From: Octopus sinensis
Lineage: Eukaryota
Length of the DNA stretch: 19,678 bases
Direction of reading: 5' to 3'
Assembly (NCBI RefSeq): GCF_006345805.1
Contig: NW_021824029.1
Coordinates: 1-19,678 of the forward strand
The first letter of the stretch is position 1. Each line of letters starts with the position of its first letter. The notes under the pieces were generated by a model that made no database searches, was not told the origin of the DNA, and saw nothing but the letters and a program-made list of their open reading frames with translations. The translations under genes and the position numbers were made by a program. This document shows positions 1-10,224 of the stretch, piece by piece.

Positions 1-129
1 GATCCACTTAGTCTACAAATGGTTTCTTCGTTAATGTAGTGTATATGATAGAGTCTAATAATATTTATTAGACTGTAAAAAAACTACAATCAATTTATTC
101 AGATATTAATTAAACTTCTCCTTCTAGTC

Positions 130-300
130 GCTACATCCTCTATTCGCAAGGTTATTCAGGTAGGCAAGCCCGCCTCGTTCCCTTCGATGTACTGACAGGC
201 ACTGGGGATGTTGAAGACACTTATTTGGTGATAAATCTGGTTTATTCTTTTGTCCAGTTCAAGCGTTCTTTTCCAAGGTTCAACTCTGTTCCTGTAAAAA
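130..300 (-). mobile_element. Decayed non-LTR retrotransposon fragment (post-RT thumb region, R4/RTE-like)
   Basis: Minus-strand translation across frames gives LELDKRINQI then LQHPQCLSVHRRERGGL. This resembles the L..LD...R..L...HP.....RL..PR..GGRGL stretch that follows the RT core in R4/RTE elements. Frameshifted and short. Confidence 0.35.
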
Positions 301-959
301 ACAATCATTGTTTGTAGTGAGTGATTGGTTTTGTTTATAGTGAGTGATTGAATGTGTTTGTTTATTGGTTTTGTTTATAGATGAGGCAGTGAGCTGCGTG
401 AAAATCTGACAATTCTGAGAAGAAAAATCAAAAAAAATGAAATTCCCGAAATTATGGGAAAAAATTATGTTTTCCTACATCATTCTGCGTAGAGAGAGAA
501 TTCAGCACTCTTAATAGTATGATCGGAAAAAAAGAAACAAACTAAACATAGAAGAAAGAGGATAAATTAGAATTACAATTACGAAAAAAAGTAAATTTTG
601 AAGTTTTTGAACGTACCCGGTTTTTGGAATAACGACCCAAAAAATTACATAAGTCATTTTATTTTCTACTGAAAATAGTTATAAAATAAATTATATCATG
701 TTTAAATAATTTCTGAAGCTATTTCTGATTTTGGTGTATCTCACAAAACCTATTAAGCAATGTAATTTTCTTTTCTTTTGAATCATAAAAAACTTTCCTC
801 CCATTCTTTTTTGAATCCCCTATTTTCTTGTACTATAATACGATACTGTTTAGGGACAACAGACATTAGACAATTTTCCACGTGAATGAATTGAAATTTA
901 ATTTTATAACAATTATTAAAATTTTTTTAATCCAATCATTTATTTTTGCAGGGCCGCAT

Positions 960-1381
960 TTAAGAATTACTGCTTTTGATCTTCTCCAGTGCTAAGTTTT
1001 CGATCGTGAGAATATAACAGAGGTTAAAGCTGTCAGCCTCAATTACGCGCTGAGCAGGTTTTTGAGGTTCCATAGTATTCGGTTCAGAAACATTCTTGGT
1101 TTTAATGGGAGCTCTTTTTTGTCCTTTTGCGCTAACTTTCGGTACCATATCCACAAAAATAGTCTTTAAAATAAATTGACCTTTTATCCAAAGAGCTAAA
1201 ATTAATTTGGAATTAAAAGTGAAAATAGTTCCAACCAGTCTTTACTATAATTTCCTGAATCGGTATCTCAAATAGTAGTTCTTTTTTAAATCCACTTCTT
1301 TTGACGTCCTGCACTCAACAGTACAATTGGTACCTCTAATAGACCTCCCTTTGGAATGTTTTCTACTTTGGAAAAGATCAT
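960..1381 (-). CDS. Putative 3-exon gene, 118-aa protein of unknown function (weak PIG-X-like motifs)
   Basis: Exons 1381-1334, 1308-1236 and 1195-960, joined by GT-AG introns of 25 nt (1309-1333) and 40 nt (1196-1235), give an open 357-nt frame: MIFSKVENIPKGGLLEDVKRSGFKKELLFEIPIQEIIVKTALWIKGQFILKTIFVDMVPK...KSSNS*. This extends the track ORF 960..1154. The 25-nt intron matches the sizes seen in neighbouring genes. Confidence 0.5.
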
Positions 1382-1511
1382 TATTTTAGAAAAACAAAAA
1401 TATTGTATTTAAAATAAAAATATTCCTAACTATAATTGCCAAATTAATCAAAATTAGACAAAGTTTATGAAACATTTTTTATCGCAAAATGAATTTTTAC
1501 AATCTAAGTAA

Positions 1512-2936
1512 CTATTTATTTTTCGTATCAACGATGTGTTGATGTAATCTGTCCTCCGTGTTACTAAGACGGTGTTCGAGTACACCCACAGTCTACATAG
1601 TTATTTCCATATCCAACCTCTGTCAACATGTCCAATTGTCCTGTTATTCTATCGAGAGCCTGTTTTATATTCAAGACAAATTCAGAAAAATTTTCATCTG
1701 TTTGTCCACCGTTGAGCTGTTTAACATGATTCTGAGGATCTTCATTTCTCGGAAGACTTTGATCCTCCGCAGCTGAACAATAGTCGGTCTCGTATTTTTT
1801 CATATTAGTCTCATTTTCTTTTTCCTGCACTTTTTTAACCGCCAAATCAAAATTGGTTTTCCACAAAAAAAGTTGTTCGTCTGCCCCGCCTGTTGCAAAG
1901 TTTTGGCCGTCACATGAAAACTTGATTGCTGTGACCGAGTCCTTAAAGGTCACGTGTCTCAACAAACTTTGTGACCGTGGATTGTGTAGAAGAGTCTCCC
2001 TTCGATCAAATCTAAAACTTTGGCTGTTCCATCAGAGGAGGCAGTGATTAAATAGTTCCCGGAAGGGTGGAAGGAGATGTCGTTTACTGAGGCATTGTGC
2101 ACTAAAAATAATTTTTAAATAAAAAACCAGCATAGTTTTGAATTAGTTTATAACTACGAATGTCCCAGATCTTGACTGAACCATCGTCAATTCCTCCTCC
2201 AATAAAATACCCCCCAGGATGGAATCTGATTGATGTCCCTCGAGAGTTATCAAGACGGAAAGTCTGGACGGGGTCTTTGATAGCTCGATCCCACAGACGG
2301 ACAGTCTTGTCGTCACTTACAGAAGCAAAACTACGGCTGTCTGGCGAAAAACTTAAATTTGTCAAAACTCATTACCTCGCTGACCTAACCCAATTCGAAT
2401 GATGAATGTACGAGGATTGGAATCTCTGTCTGTGAGTTGTCCATATCTGTAAGAAGAACTCCTAGCTTATATACCTTAACTGACTTGTCGTCAGAACATG
2501 TGATAAAGCTTTGCCCGTCGTGACTAAATTCGACATGTCGGACAGCAGCAGTGTGCCCGACGAAGCTTGTACTTTCACCTTTCCTACTAATGATATGATC
2601 GAGGTATACGCTGAAGGAATCCACAGTCTTACGGTCTTGTCCTTCGAAGAAGAGGCCAACAATGCTCCTGACGGAGAGAAGGAGACGCAAGTCGTGGAAT
2701 CCTTAATAATCAGTCAATTTTAATACTTTGTGCCCAGCAAGTCTTATCACGTGTAGACGAGGATAGATTTTCCATAAAATTACTGCGGAGTCCAACGATG
2801 AGGAGGCAAGTTGTTTTCCATTTACATTAAAGTCAATTCCAGTTATTGTATCTCGATGTCCTGACAAACTTTGTTGTAAAGAGGGCGAGGACTCATCCTT
2901 CCAAATAATCTAATTAATTACTTGCACTGTCTTCAT
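1512..2936 (-). CDS. POC1: POC1 centriolar WD40-repeat protein, 9 exons, 407 aa, intact
   Basis: The spliced frame is open from ATG 2936 to TAG 1512. Introns (all GT-AG): 2898-2921, 2702-2726, 2587-2609, 2447-2474, 2352-2375, 2102-2127, 1942-1967, 1593-1617 (23-28 nt). Seven WD repeats ([119 protein letters not shown]). C-terminal POC1 coiled coil [22 protein letters not shown]. Confidence 0.93.
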
Positions 2937-3149
2937 TTTCGCTATTTCCTAGCAACAATTTATAATTATTCTTTAAAATTAGTAATATTAAAAATATTAT
3001 TTGTCTTTATAGATGAGAGTTATTAAACTAAAACTCGCAAAGTACTTTGAGAGAATACAGTTGAAGACAAATTCCGCGTTTTAACAAATATTTGACTTTA
3101 TTCATTTTCAGATTATTAGTATTAAATATATCTTGGGTTTTTACATATG

Positions 3150-3935
3150 GGTAGGAGGGCTGGTTTGGTACGGAGAAAGACTACTTTATCAAACAGTTAA
3201 ACAAGACAAGACGTATCGCATTGAAACTGCCTTACAGAGTACAACTTGACAGAAGGCTTGAAGACTTGCAAGAGTCCTATCCGGATGGTCCTGGAGAAAG
3301 GTTGTTTTGAGTAATTATAATTGGATTGGCATGGAAGGAGACACTTCGGTGCTTTTTAAATCTTAATCAGCTGCCAAATTGAAGAGCCTGTGGATGCGAT
3401 GACGTATACGATTTTTTCTTGAAAAAGTTTACTACGGTCCACGATGACCTTTGTAAGAAAGTCGCGAATATCATATATGGAAAGTACACATCTGGTGAGT
3501 GGTTCTACACAGGGATTACCCATCTTACTCCCAAAAATAAAATTTGTGACTCACCCAAGAACCTGAGGCCGATTACTTGCATGTCAAATCCATATAAACT
3601 TGTAACAAAATGTGTGAACAGAAAATTGACGAACTACATTGAAGCATACAATTTGATCAGCGACAAGAAGAATGTGCCAAGGAGCCAAAGAGCAGACATT
3701 GCCCAACCAATGTGTCCATCAACAAAATGGGAATAATTTGCCTTCTGCCTGGATTAATGTAAAGAAGGCTTTTGACTTACAATCACGAGTTTCTGTATCA
3801 AGTCCTCGATAACTCCGGCCTTCCCCATTGGATTGTGGATTTATCAAGGAAATTGTCACGAAATGGAAGATCAAGCTGAGATTTAATCAAAAAGATTGGT
3901 GAAGTGAAAATGGGAAGAGGGATCTTGCAGGATGT
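3150..3935 (+). mobile_element. Degenerate R4/Dong-clade non-LTR retrotransposon RT remnant
   Basis: WFYTGITHLTPK..SPKNLRPITCMSNPYKLVTKCV (track ORF 3419..3736), preceded by a degraded LPNW.SCGCD motif and followed by W.NVKKAFD and GILQ(G)D. Frameshifts and stops are present; truncated at ~3935. Confidence 0.8.
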
Positions 3936-4222
3936 ATCCTACAAATTTGTCTTTTTAATTGAACTGGATTTTTTACAGATAAAAACAATACATTTGAATA
4001 ATTAAAATGAGCAATTTTTTAATCTTTTTTGATAGATATTTTTTAATGCCTCATTTTATTCGGCATATTTTTTTAAGAATTAAAAAAGTCAATTTTTAGT
4101 ACAAAAATATAGGTTCGTTCAAATTTTAAAGTGAGTTATGCTTTAATTTTTCAAAAAAATAATTAAAAGTCAAAATACTTCATATTTTATGGGTAAAAAC
4201 GTAAAATACTAAAATTTATTAA

Positions 4223-4252
4223 GTGGTTCCATGACTTTTTGAGCCAACTGTA
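4223..4252 (-). repeat. Probable Tc1/mariner-type terminal inverted repeat with flanking TA (solo end)
   Basis: The reverse complement reads TA-CAGTTGGCTCAAAAAGTCATGGAACCAC, similar to Tc1-family termini (TA-CAGT....CAAAAGT..TGGA.CAC). The partner TIR was not found in the window. Confidence 0.4.
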
Positions 4253-4529
4253 ATGACGACACGAGGGTTCTAAATACAGCGTTGATAGAGAGAATGTCAC
4301 GTACAAACTGGTGTCTGGTGACTCAGAAGCAGTAAGGCAAAGAGAGTTGTCAGACATTCCCACTCACATGTTCTTCGGGATGTGTTTTATGGGTGGAACA
4401 GATGGGTTTAATGGTTAAAAAGGAGGAGACATGGGCGTCTTCAGCATTTATTGTGTATGGCAAAGTACCCATTTTTTAATAAAGTAGTCTCTCATCAATT
4501 GGACGTCAACTCATTCCTCTTCAAACTGT

Positions 4530-5230
4530 CCTGCTTTCGAAGTTCTTTGAAAATTCCCCTTCGATTCCAAAGTCAGCAAGGATACAAGTTTCCAAATGTC
4601 TTACTTCCTTCATCAACGTCTCACGTCTAATAGTTGGGAAGCATGACCTCGTATAATCAGTTTTGCCCCACTGGCGCACGGAGCCCCTATCCGCACTGGG
4701 AAAATCCACATCCTCTCGCAGAATTGATTAAAGAGAACATCAACAGAATCTCTTCGCACCCAATAACAACCTTGCCTCATGTTTATCGCAAACATTCCCA
4801 AAATAACAAAAGAACACCTTACAGGAGGACACCCTGAATGATCGTGTTTGTGTCAAACTAGCCGTGGGTGACGTCCGGGCTGCTATTCGCAGTCTCAAAC
4901 GACGACAATTTCCAAATTGAACAATATTATTCCAAGCCCACTTGACCACCTATTTAAGGAAGGTGGAAAGGTCTTCTTAGCCATTCAACAGGACCAACTG
5001 TCAAAAGACCAAGACTTTAGCAACCAGAAGCGCATCACCCCGATTCAATTACTTACAGATGTTCCCCCCGTCCGTTCCGCACTTGGGTTGGGTCCAGAGT
5101 CCAACATCGGGAAAAGCTAAGAAAGCTTGCTTTGCTCACTCCACAAAATCATCGTATTCTCACGGCCCGGATAAAATCCGGTCAGTCTATTAAAAAACTT
5201 TGACGTTGAAAAAGTCAGGTTTCTAACATC
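4530..5230 (+). mobile_element. Decayed CRE-clade non-LTR ORF, region N-terminal to RT
   Basis: Fragmented translation IPKSARIQVSKCLTSFIN...SNSWEA, RVCVKLAVGDVRAAIRSL and a GPD.IR motif, typical of the pre-RT region of CRE-type ORFs. Many disruptions. Confidence 0.6.
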
Positions 5231-5289
5231 TATCATCACTATTCAATCAACAACAATGTGATTCCGTCAATATGAAAACAGGCCCTAAT

Positions 5290-5430
5290 AAGACCGATAC
5301 TGAAGCCTGGATGCTAAGAGGAGACCCGACATCTTTCAGTCCGATTTCTCTGTTATGTTTGTTTCCCAGCAGAGCTTGGAAAATGGTTCCTCACTGTGAA
5401 TACAACCAAAACGGAAATCACGGAAGTTCG
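5290..5430 (+). mobile_element. Possible scrap of an APE-type (Jockey/I-like) RT
   Basis: ILKPG...DPTSFSPISLL resembles the RT-proximal IPKPG...P.SYRPISLL motif. Very short and degraded. Confidence 0.3.
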
Positions 5431-5551
5431 ATGTCAAAAATTTTAATTAAATCGGAAAAAGTCTATAGTCGGGATGGACAGGATTAAAAAATTAATTATT
5501 TTCGTAGTTGATAAATCAATAATAAGATTGTTTGAAGTTTATAGATAAATT

Positions 5552-6868
5552 TTTTTTTTTTTATTTTACAAACGAAAAGAGTTAAAATGCGCAGCGGATC
5601 GATGGCAATTCCCGAGTCTGATCGACTCGTTGGGATCTTTCGTGGCAACCACGAGCTTAGATCCAAGGCGGCGGAGAAACGATAGCGTCTGCGGCCGATG
5701 ACTCCAGAGGTTTCCACCGCGACTGCAGTGAATTGGTGATTCTTTGCCAGGACCCGGTACTTCTTCTGTTTTGTTAGTTCCGCCTGCTTTGCAACTGAGC
5801 CCGGTTCCGAAGCGGAGACAATTAGATTCTTGGCGGAGAAAATGTCGGAACAGGTGGCGTCCCGATAAGGCATTTCCCTTTTTCAACGGGAAGATTGACA
5901 TGCCATCCGGGCGCTTACCGTCGCCTCTGTCGAGCCCGACTGGTTCGAGCTCATTAGGAAACCCCGCCGTCGTTAGGGCACGGCTCACGGTGTCGTTGAT
6001 GGCGGCGTGTCGTGTGAAACGTCCGGCACTACGTGAGCAGGAGAGGGGATGATGGCCAAATGAGTCCACTCTCAAACCGCAGCGGCACTGGTGGTGTTCT
6101 GCAAATGGGAAGTCCGAGGCGGAGAGAGACGGAAATCCTTACACAGTCGTTGTCCATTAAGGTGCCGATTGACGCCATAGGGATTGCTGTAAGCCATACA
6201 CCAGAATATGGTTGCGAGGCGGCCAATAAGCAAGCCAAGCGATGTTGATTGAGTTTCGGCTTGAGCTGTTTATCTTGTGGTCGCAGAGGATCCGGTCCCA
6301 TTGGCCTTGAGCGTGTGTATTCTCCGGGATTTCCAGAGACATCCCTTGCCAGCAACTTTCTGCGGCGACCGACTCTGTGTTCATAGATGATTCGGTTACG
6401 GATTGGAGAATCTCCTGGACCAGATCGTTTGTCGCATTAACTGAAGATAAGTACGCCGGGATAGAAAGGTCGACAGATGATCGGATACCAATACCGCCAT
6501 GGCTTATAGGAAGGGTGGCCTGTTGCCAACCGATCTCATCGAGGGTAATATTGCAAATGGACTCCAAGCTGGATTTAAGCGAAAAATCAAATGATTCGAG
6601 AGCCCTCAGGTTAAAGAAACATGGGGCACTTCTGAGGATAAATAGAAGCTTTGGAATTGCAAAACAGTTGCGTAGGAAAAACAGGCCGGAATGGGAATCG
6701 ATTTTTGCTAGTTTGTTAGAAATTGCCACTAGCGAGGATGTTTAAGCATATAGGGACGATTCAACACCCAGATTAGATATAGGGGACCCTAAGATTTTCA
6801 AATTTTCGATCAAGGTCCTGCGGATATTTGGAAGGACATTCGAGAACGTATTAAATACAGAGGTAAAA
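5552..6868 (-). pseudogene. Non-inverted 3' part of the CRE ORF: thumb, zinc knuckle and restriction-like endonuclease
   Basis: [137 protein letters not shown]. Several frameshifts and an apparent small deletion near the C-terminus. Confidence 0.88.
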
Positions 6869-7568
6869 GGAAGAAAAAAGGCGGGATCCGCCCTATTGCT
6901 GTTGGTACATTTTTTCGCCGTCTAGCTTCCAAAGTAGCCTGTAGACAAGTTACCAAGTCTTTGGGTCAGGAACTACGCCCGTTTCAGTTGGGCGTCGGTG
7001 TCCGCGGCGGCTGTGAAGCTGCTGTCCATGCTGCAAGAAAGTTTATTTCCGCCTCAACCGAAAGGCCGGATAACGCCTCTGTACTCGTGAAGCTAGACTT
7101 GACAAATGCCTTCAACAGTCTTCGTCGGGACTGTATTCTCGAAACTTGCTACCGCCGTGCTCCCTCAATTGCCCGCTTGGTATCTATGGCTTACTCCAAG
7201 CCAAGCCTTCTTATTGCCGATGACCAAATCCTACATTCCAGCAACGGTGTTCAACAGGGCGACCCACTTGGCCCGTTGCTTTTTGCCCTGACGATCGATC
7301 CTGTTGTTCGGAACATCTCATCTCGTTTCAATGTATGGTACCTGGACGACGCTACTATCGGAGGTCCGGTAGCTTCTGTCCTTAAAGATTGGAAAATCTG
7401 ATCCCCTCCCTTAATTCTCTTGGCCTATCCATCAATCCACTCAAATCCGAAATTGCCAATATTGGCTTTACCCCAGAAGATTTTACCTCTGTATTTAATA
7501 CGTTCTCGAATGTCCTTCCAAATATCCGCAAGACCTTGATCGAAAATTTGAAAATCTTAGGGTCCCCT
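6781..7568. repeat. 88-bp inverted duplication (arms 6781-6868 and 7481-7568)
   Basis: 7481-7568 is the reverse complement of 6781-6868 with one mismatch (7531 vs 6818). Confidence 0.95.
6869..7567 (+). pseudogene. Inverted CRE reverse transcriptase core
   Basis: KKGGIRPIAVGTFFRRLASK, FQLGVGVRGGCEAAVHAAR, KLDLTNAFNSL, GVQQGDPLGPLLF, WYLDDATIGG, LGLSINPLKSEI. One frameshift at ~7390. Confidence 0.9.
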
Positions 7569-7669
7569 TATAGATAAATTGATAGATTAACATTAATTGA
7601 AGGTCAGTGTAATCATTTGGCCCATGTCACATAATACACCATTTTATTCAGGAAATCAATAAATTAATT

Positions 7670-7960
7670 TATGACGACCAAGAAATTGATTTTCAAGAAC
7701 AGTTGATCGAAGTACGAAATTCGCAGTTTCGCAAGTTGACATTTAATTTGCATTCGATTATGAAATTCTGTATTTCTGTTATTAATGAATATCCAATCTT
7801 AAGTAAAAATGCACTGGAAGTGATAGTTCACTTTCCAACCATTTATTTATGTGAAATGGAAAAGTCTTGTTATTCTGACTAAACTGCTTTGAATTAAAAT
7901 GATCCCGATTCAAACGGAGGTTAAACTGCAAACATATTTATAGATTATTGAATTTTCATA
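7670..7960 (+). mobile_element. hAT (Buster/Charlie, ZBED8-like) transposase C-terminal dimerization-domain remnant
   Basis: QEQLIEVRNS ... EYPILSKNALEVIVHFPTIYLCE matches the Buster-type EYP.LS..A...L.PF.TTYLCE.GFS motif. Degraded downstream. Confidence 0.6.
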
Positions 7961-8697
7961 CAGTAAAATTTAAATAAATATAGAAATCGTCAAGAAATAA
8001 GGTTTTGTAGAAAAGTCAAAAAATTTATTGAATAGTTAAAATGTAAAAAAGATTAAATCATTGCAAAAATAAGACAAATACAATTACAAAATATCAAATA
8101 TTATAAGAAATTCTGTAAGTCAACAATATATTTAATCAATTTTAATACAAAATTAACCATTAATACAAGAAAATAAATTAAACAAATAAAACAATAAGCA
8201 ACAACAAAACAAAATACAAATAATAACGTGTGAATATTTTATTATAATATAATTAAAATTTGTCCTTGAATTTATTTATAATAATCATATAACTATCAAA
8301 ATATATCAAATAATCATATAACTCGGACCACAAGGGTATTTTAAATTTTGAGGATTGTTGGAATCACCTAATATTATCCTAATTAGCTGTTGGTGATTCT
8401 TAGGTTAAATAAATAAAAAAATAAAATAAAACTAACTAGGATTGACGAGTGATGCCGTCATCAGTGATACTACTGCGGAACCGAATGTCTACTTCAGCCA
8501 CACTCGAAAAGAAAAATAGATGTAGCAGAGACACATGTCTTCGTTCGTCTTCCTTTGGATTAGTTAGTTTCCTAATAACATTTTCTCTCTCTTTTTAATC
8601 TTATGTGGCTGGCACAAGCGAGATGTTAACATTCCGTTCTCATCTTGCGGCAGGGCTTCTTGTTGTTGTTAACTATCAAAAAAATAATAGCTTACGA

Positions 8698-8741
8698 GCG
8701 TTGTCATCGCGGTGGCCCGGGTTCGATTCCCGGTCGGGGAG
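8698..8741 (+). pseudogene. 5'-truncated tRNA-Asp(GTC) (3' half only)
   Basis: Anticodon loop TT-GTC-AT (GTC at 8703-8705), T-arm CCGGG-TTCGATT-CCCGG, acceptor 3' strand TCGGGGA plus discriminator G, as in eukaryotic tRNA-Asp. There is no D-arm and no 5' acceptor strand upstream. Confidence 0.7.
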
Positions 8742-8748
8742 TTTTTTT
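8742..8748 (+). terminator. Pol III-type T7 terminator after the tRNA-Asp remnant
   Basis: Seven T immediately 3' of the discriminator base. Confidence 0.6.
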
Positions 8749-8781
8749 GCAACCGTTATTTTATATTCGCTAATTTTTTAA

Positions 8782-9040
8782 ATGAGACGGCCAAAATAAA
8801 AAAATAACAAGAACTCGGACGCCGCTTTATTTTTGCACCAATCGCACTGGAGACATCAGGCATCGCCGGGCCTCTAACCTCGGCCTTTATCAGCGACATC
8901 GGGAGGAAATTGGCCCATAGGACGAAAGAGCCACTCGAGTTTTGTGGCTATTGCAGAGGATATCCATCGCCATTATCCGTGGAAACACGCACGCGGTACT
9001 TACCGCAAGAGGGCGCGTGCTTTAGCCCATCGGAGATTCT
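8782..9040 (+). mobile_element. CRE-clade 3'-end fragment (endonuclease C-terminus)
   Basis: NETAKIKK*QELGRRFIFAPIALETSGIAGPLTSAFISDIGRKLAHRTKEP...WLLQRISIAIIRGNTHAVL. Confidence 0.8.
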
Positions 9041-9391
9041 CTTTTGTTCATTCTTAACTTAATTTGTTCCACTGTTTATATAACAATTTACGTATCAAAC
9101 AAGAAAAATTGAATGAATCTTCCTCTTTTTCACTGCGGAACAGTCGTCTGATATGGTCTTTATTTCTCTCGTTCATGCATAGTGCTTGGAGGTTTATACA
9201 ATATGCATTGTTCAATGACATCGTGAAATGAGCTGTAGATGAGGTCGTATTTCTTTCACTACTCCAACCTGTTCGGGTAGACCGGGGGATAGGCAACATT
9301 CTGATGGGATGACCATTTTCTTTCTCAAGTGTGAAAAAACGATATTATTTGTAATATAAATTAATTTAATGAAATTCCGTCAAATCTAATT

Positions 9392-9959
9392 TTGCACGCT
9401 CTATCGTGTAGACGCAGTGCTGGCCGCATCCCGCGTCACGCGGCTCTTAACGATCTTATCAGGAGAGCCCTGGAAATGGCCGGAATCCCCTCCCTGCTTG
9501 AACCCTCTGGGATCGATCGGGGGGACGGAAAAATGCCTGACGGGATCACTGTGTTTCCCTTCAACAGGGGGAAGCCTCTTGCCTGGGATGCCACGTGTGT
9601 GGACTCTTTCTCGCCTCAGAACCTGCTGATGTCCGCATCCGCCCCTGGATCTATTGTCACAACTGCAAAAAGATGCGGAAGTACTCCTCACTTACGGAGA
9701 AGTTCCAATTCCTTCCATTCGCGGTTGAGACTTCCGGTTCCTTGGGCAGTAAGGCAATCAGCTTCGTTCAGGAGATCGGGTCCCCCATGTCTGCCATCCA
9801 GCGACGGCCGCCCGCAATCAAGATGGTTTTTCGAGCGGATATCCCTTGCGATAGTACGCTCTAATTCTTTCTCGATCGCGTAGGCTTCCCGCCCATGAAG
9901 TTTTTGAACATTTGACCGAATTCTTTTTTAGAATAAAGTGGAACTTTTCAAAAAAAAAA
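9392..9959 (+). mobile_element. CRE-clade 5'-truncated copy (zinc knuckle end, RLE, 3' UTR, AATAAA, poly(A))
   Basis: HALSCRRSAGRIPRHAALNDLIRRAL, EPSGIDRGDGKMPDG, WDATCVDSF, FAVETSGSLG, WFFERISLAIVRSN. AATAAA at ~9932 and an A run at 9951-9959. Confidence 0.85.
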
Positions 9960-10224
9960 TTTGTGTTAATAAATTTTTTAAATGCTTTTTGAAATTCTTT
10001 TATTGCGAGCCAATTTTTATATCCATTTTAAACAGTAGACTTTTCATTGTCGATAGGTTTGCAACCTAAGAGGGACTTTGATTGAAACATTTTTTTAATA
10101 GATACAAAAAGGTCCGAGAGGAAAGACGAGCTCGATCTGCGATCATTACCAGAGAATTGTTAGATATCAGTCAAACGGATAGTTTTCAGAGATTCAGAGA
10201 TTCTCTGTCTCAACAAGAGGATTC

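Larger units (their letters stand above)
5539..7580 (-). mobile_element. CRE-clade non-LTR retrotransposon insertion, 5'-truncated with 5' inversion, flanked by a 13-bp TSD
   Basis: Identical direct repeats TTATAGATAAATT at 5539-5551 and 7568-7580; poly(A) tail as a T run at 5550-5562. The 3' segment is on the - strand (5552-6868) and the RT core is inverted on the + strand (6869-7567). Confidence 0.9.

Noticed and set aside
318-382. Short imperfect repeats of TTGGTTTTGTTTATAG / TGAGTGATTG
   Set aside because: Two to three low-complexity units with no unique spacers. Not CRISPR-like, and the DNA is eukaryotic.
960-1154. MVPKVSAKGQKRA looks like a histone H2B N-terminal tail
   Set aside because: No recognizable histone-fold core follows, and the segment is better explained as the internal part of a spliced 3-exon ORF.
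4260-4440. Minus-strand VGMSDNSLC motif resembling an APE non-LTR C-terminal zinc knuckle
   Set aside because: The CCHC residues are incomplete and the segment is too degraded.
8600-8660. Imperfect hairpin (GCGAGATG...CATCTTGC) upstream of the tRNA remnant
   Set aside because: An 8-bp stem with a G-U pair, with no SECIS, snRNA or SL-RNA features recognized.
8698-8780. Permuted tRNA (3' half before 5' half)
   Set aside because: The 3' half is followed directly by a T7 terminator and no 5' half occurs downstream.
8806-8808. TAA at a conserved Tyr in a CRE fragment, suggesting UAA=Tyr
   Set aside because: It lies in a decayed TE, one substitution away from TAC/TAT. ADO ends in TAA at the position expected for the family.
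9054-9330. Minus-strand ORF with faint Penelope-like NGHP motif
   Set aside because: No GIY-YIG or RT motifs, so the similarity is too weak to call.
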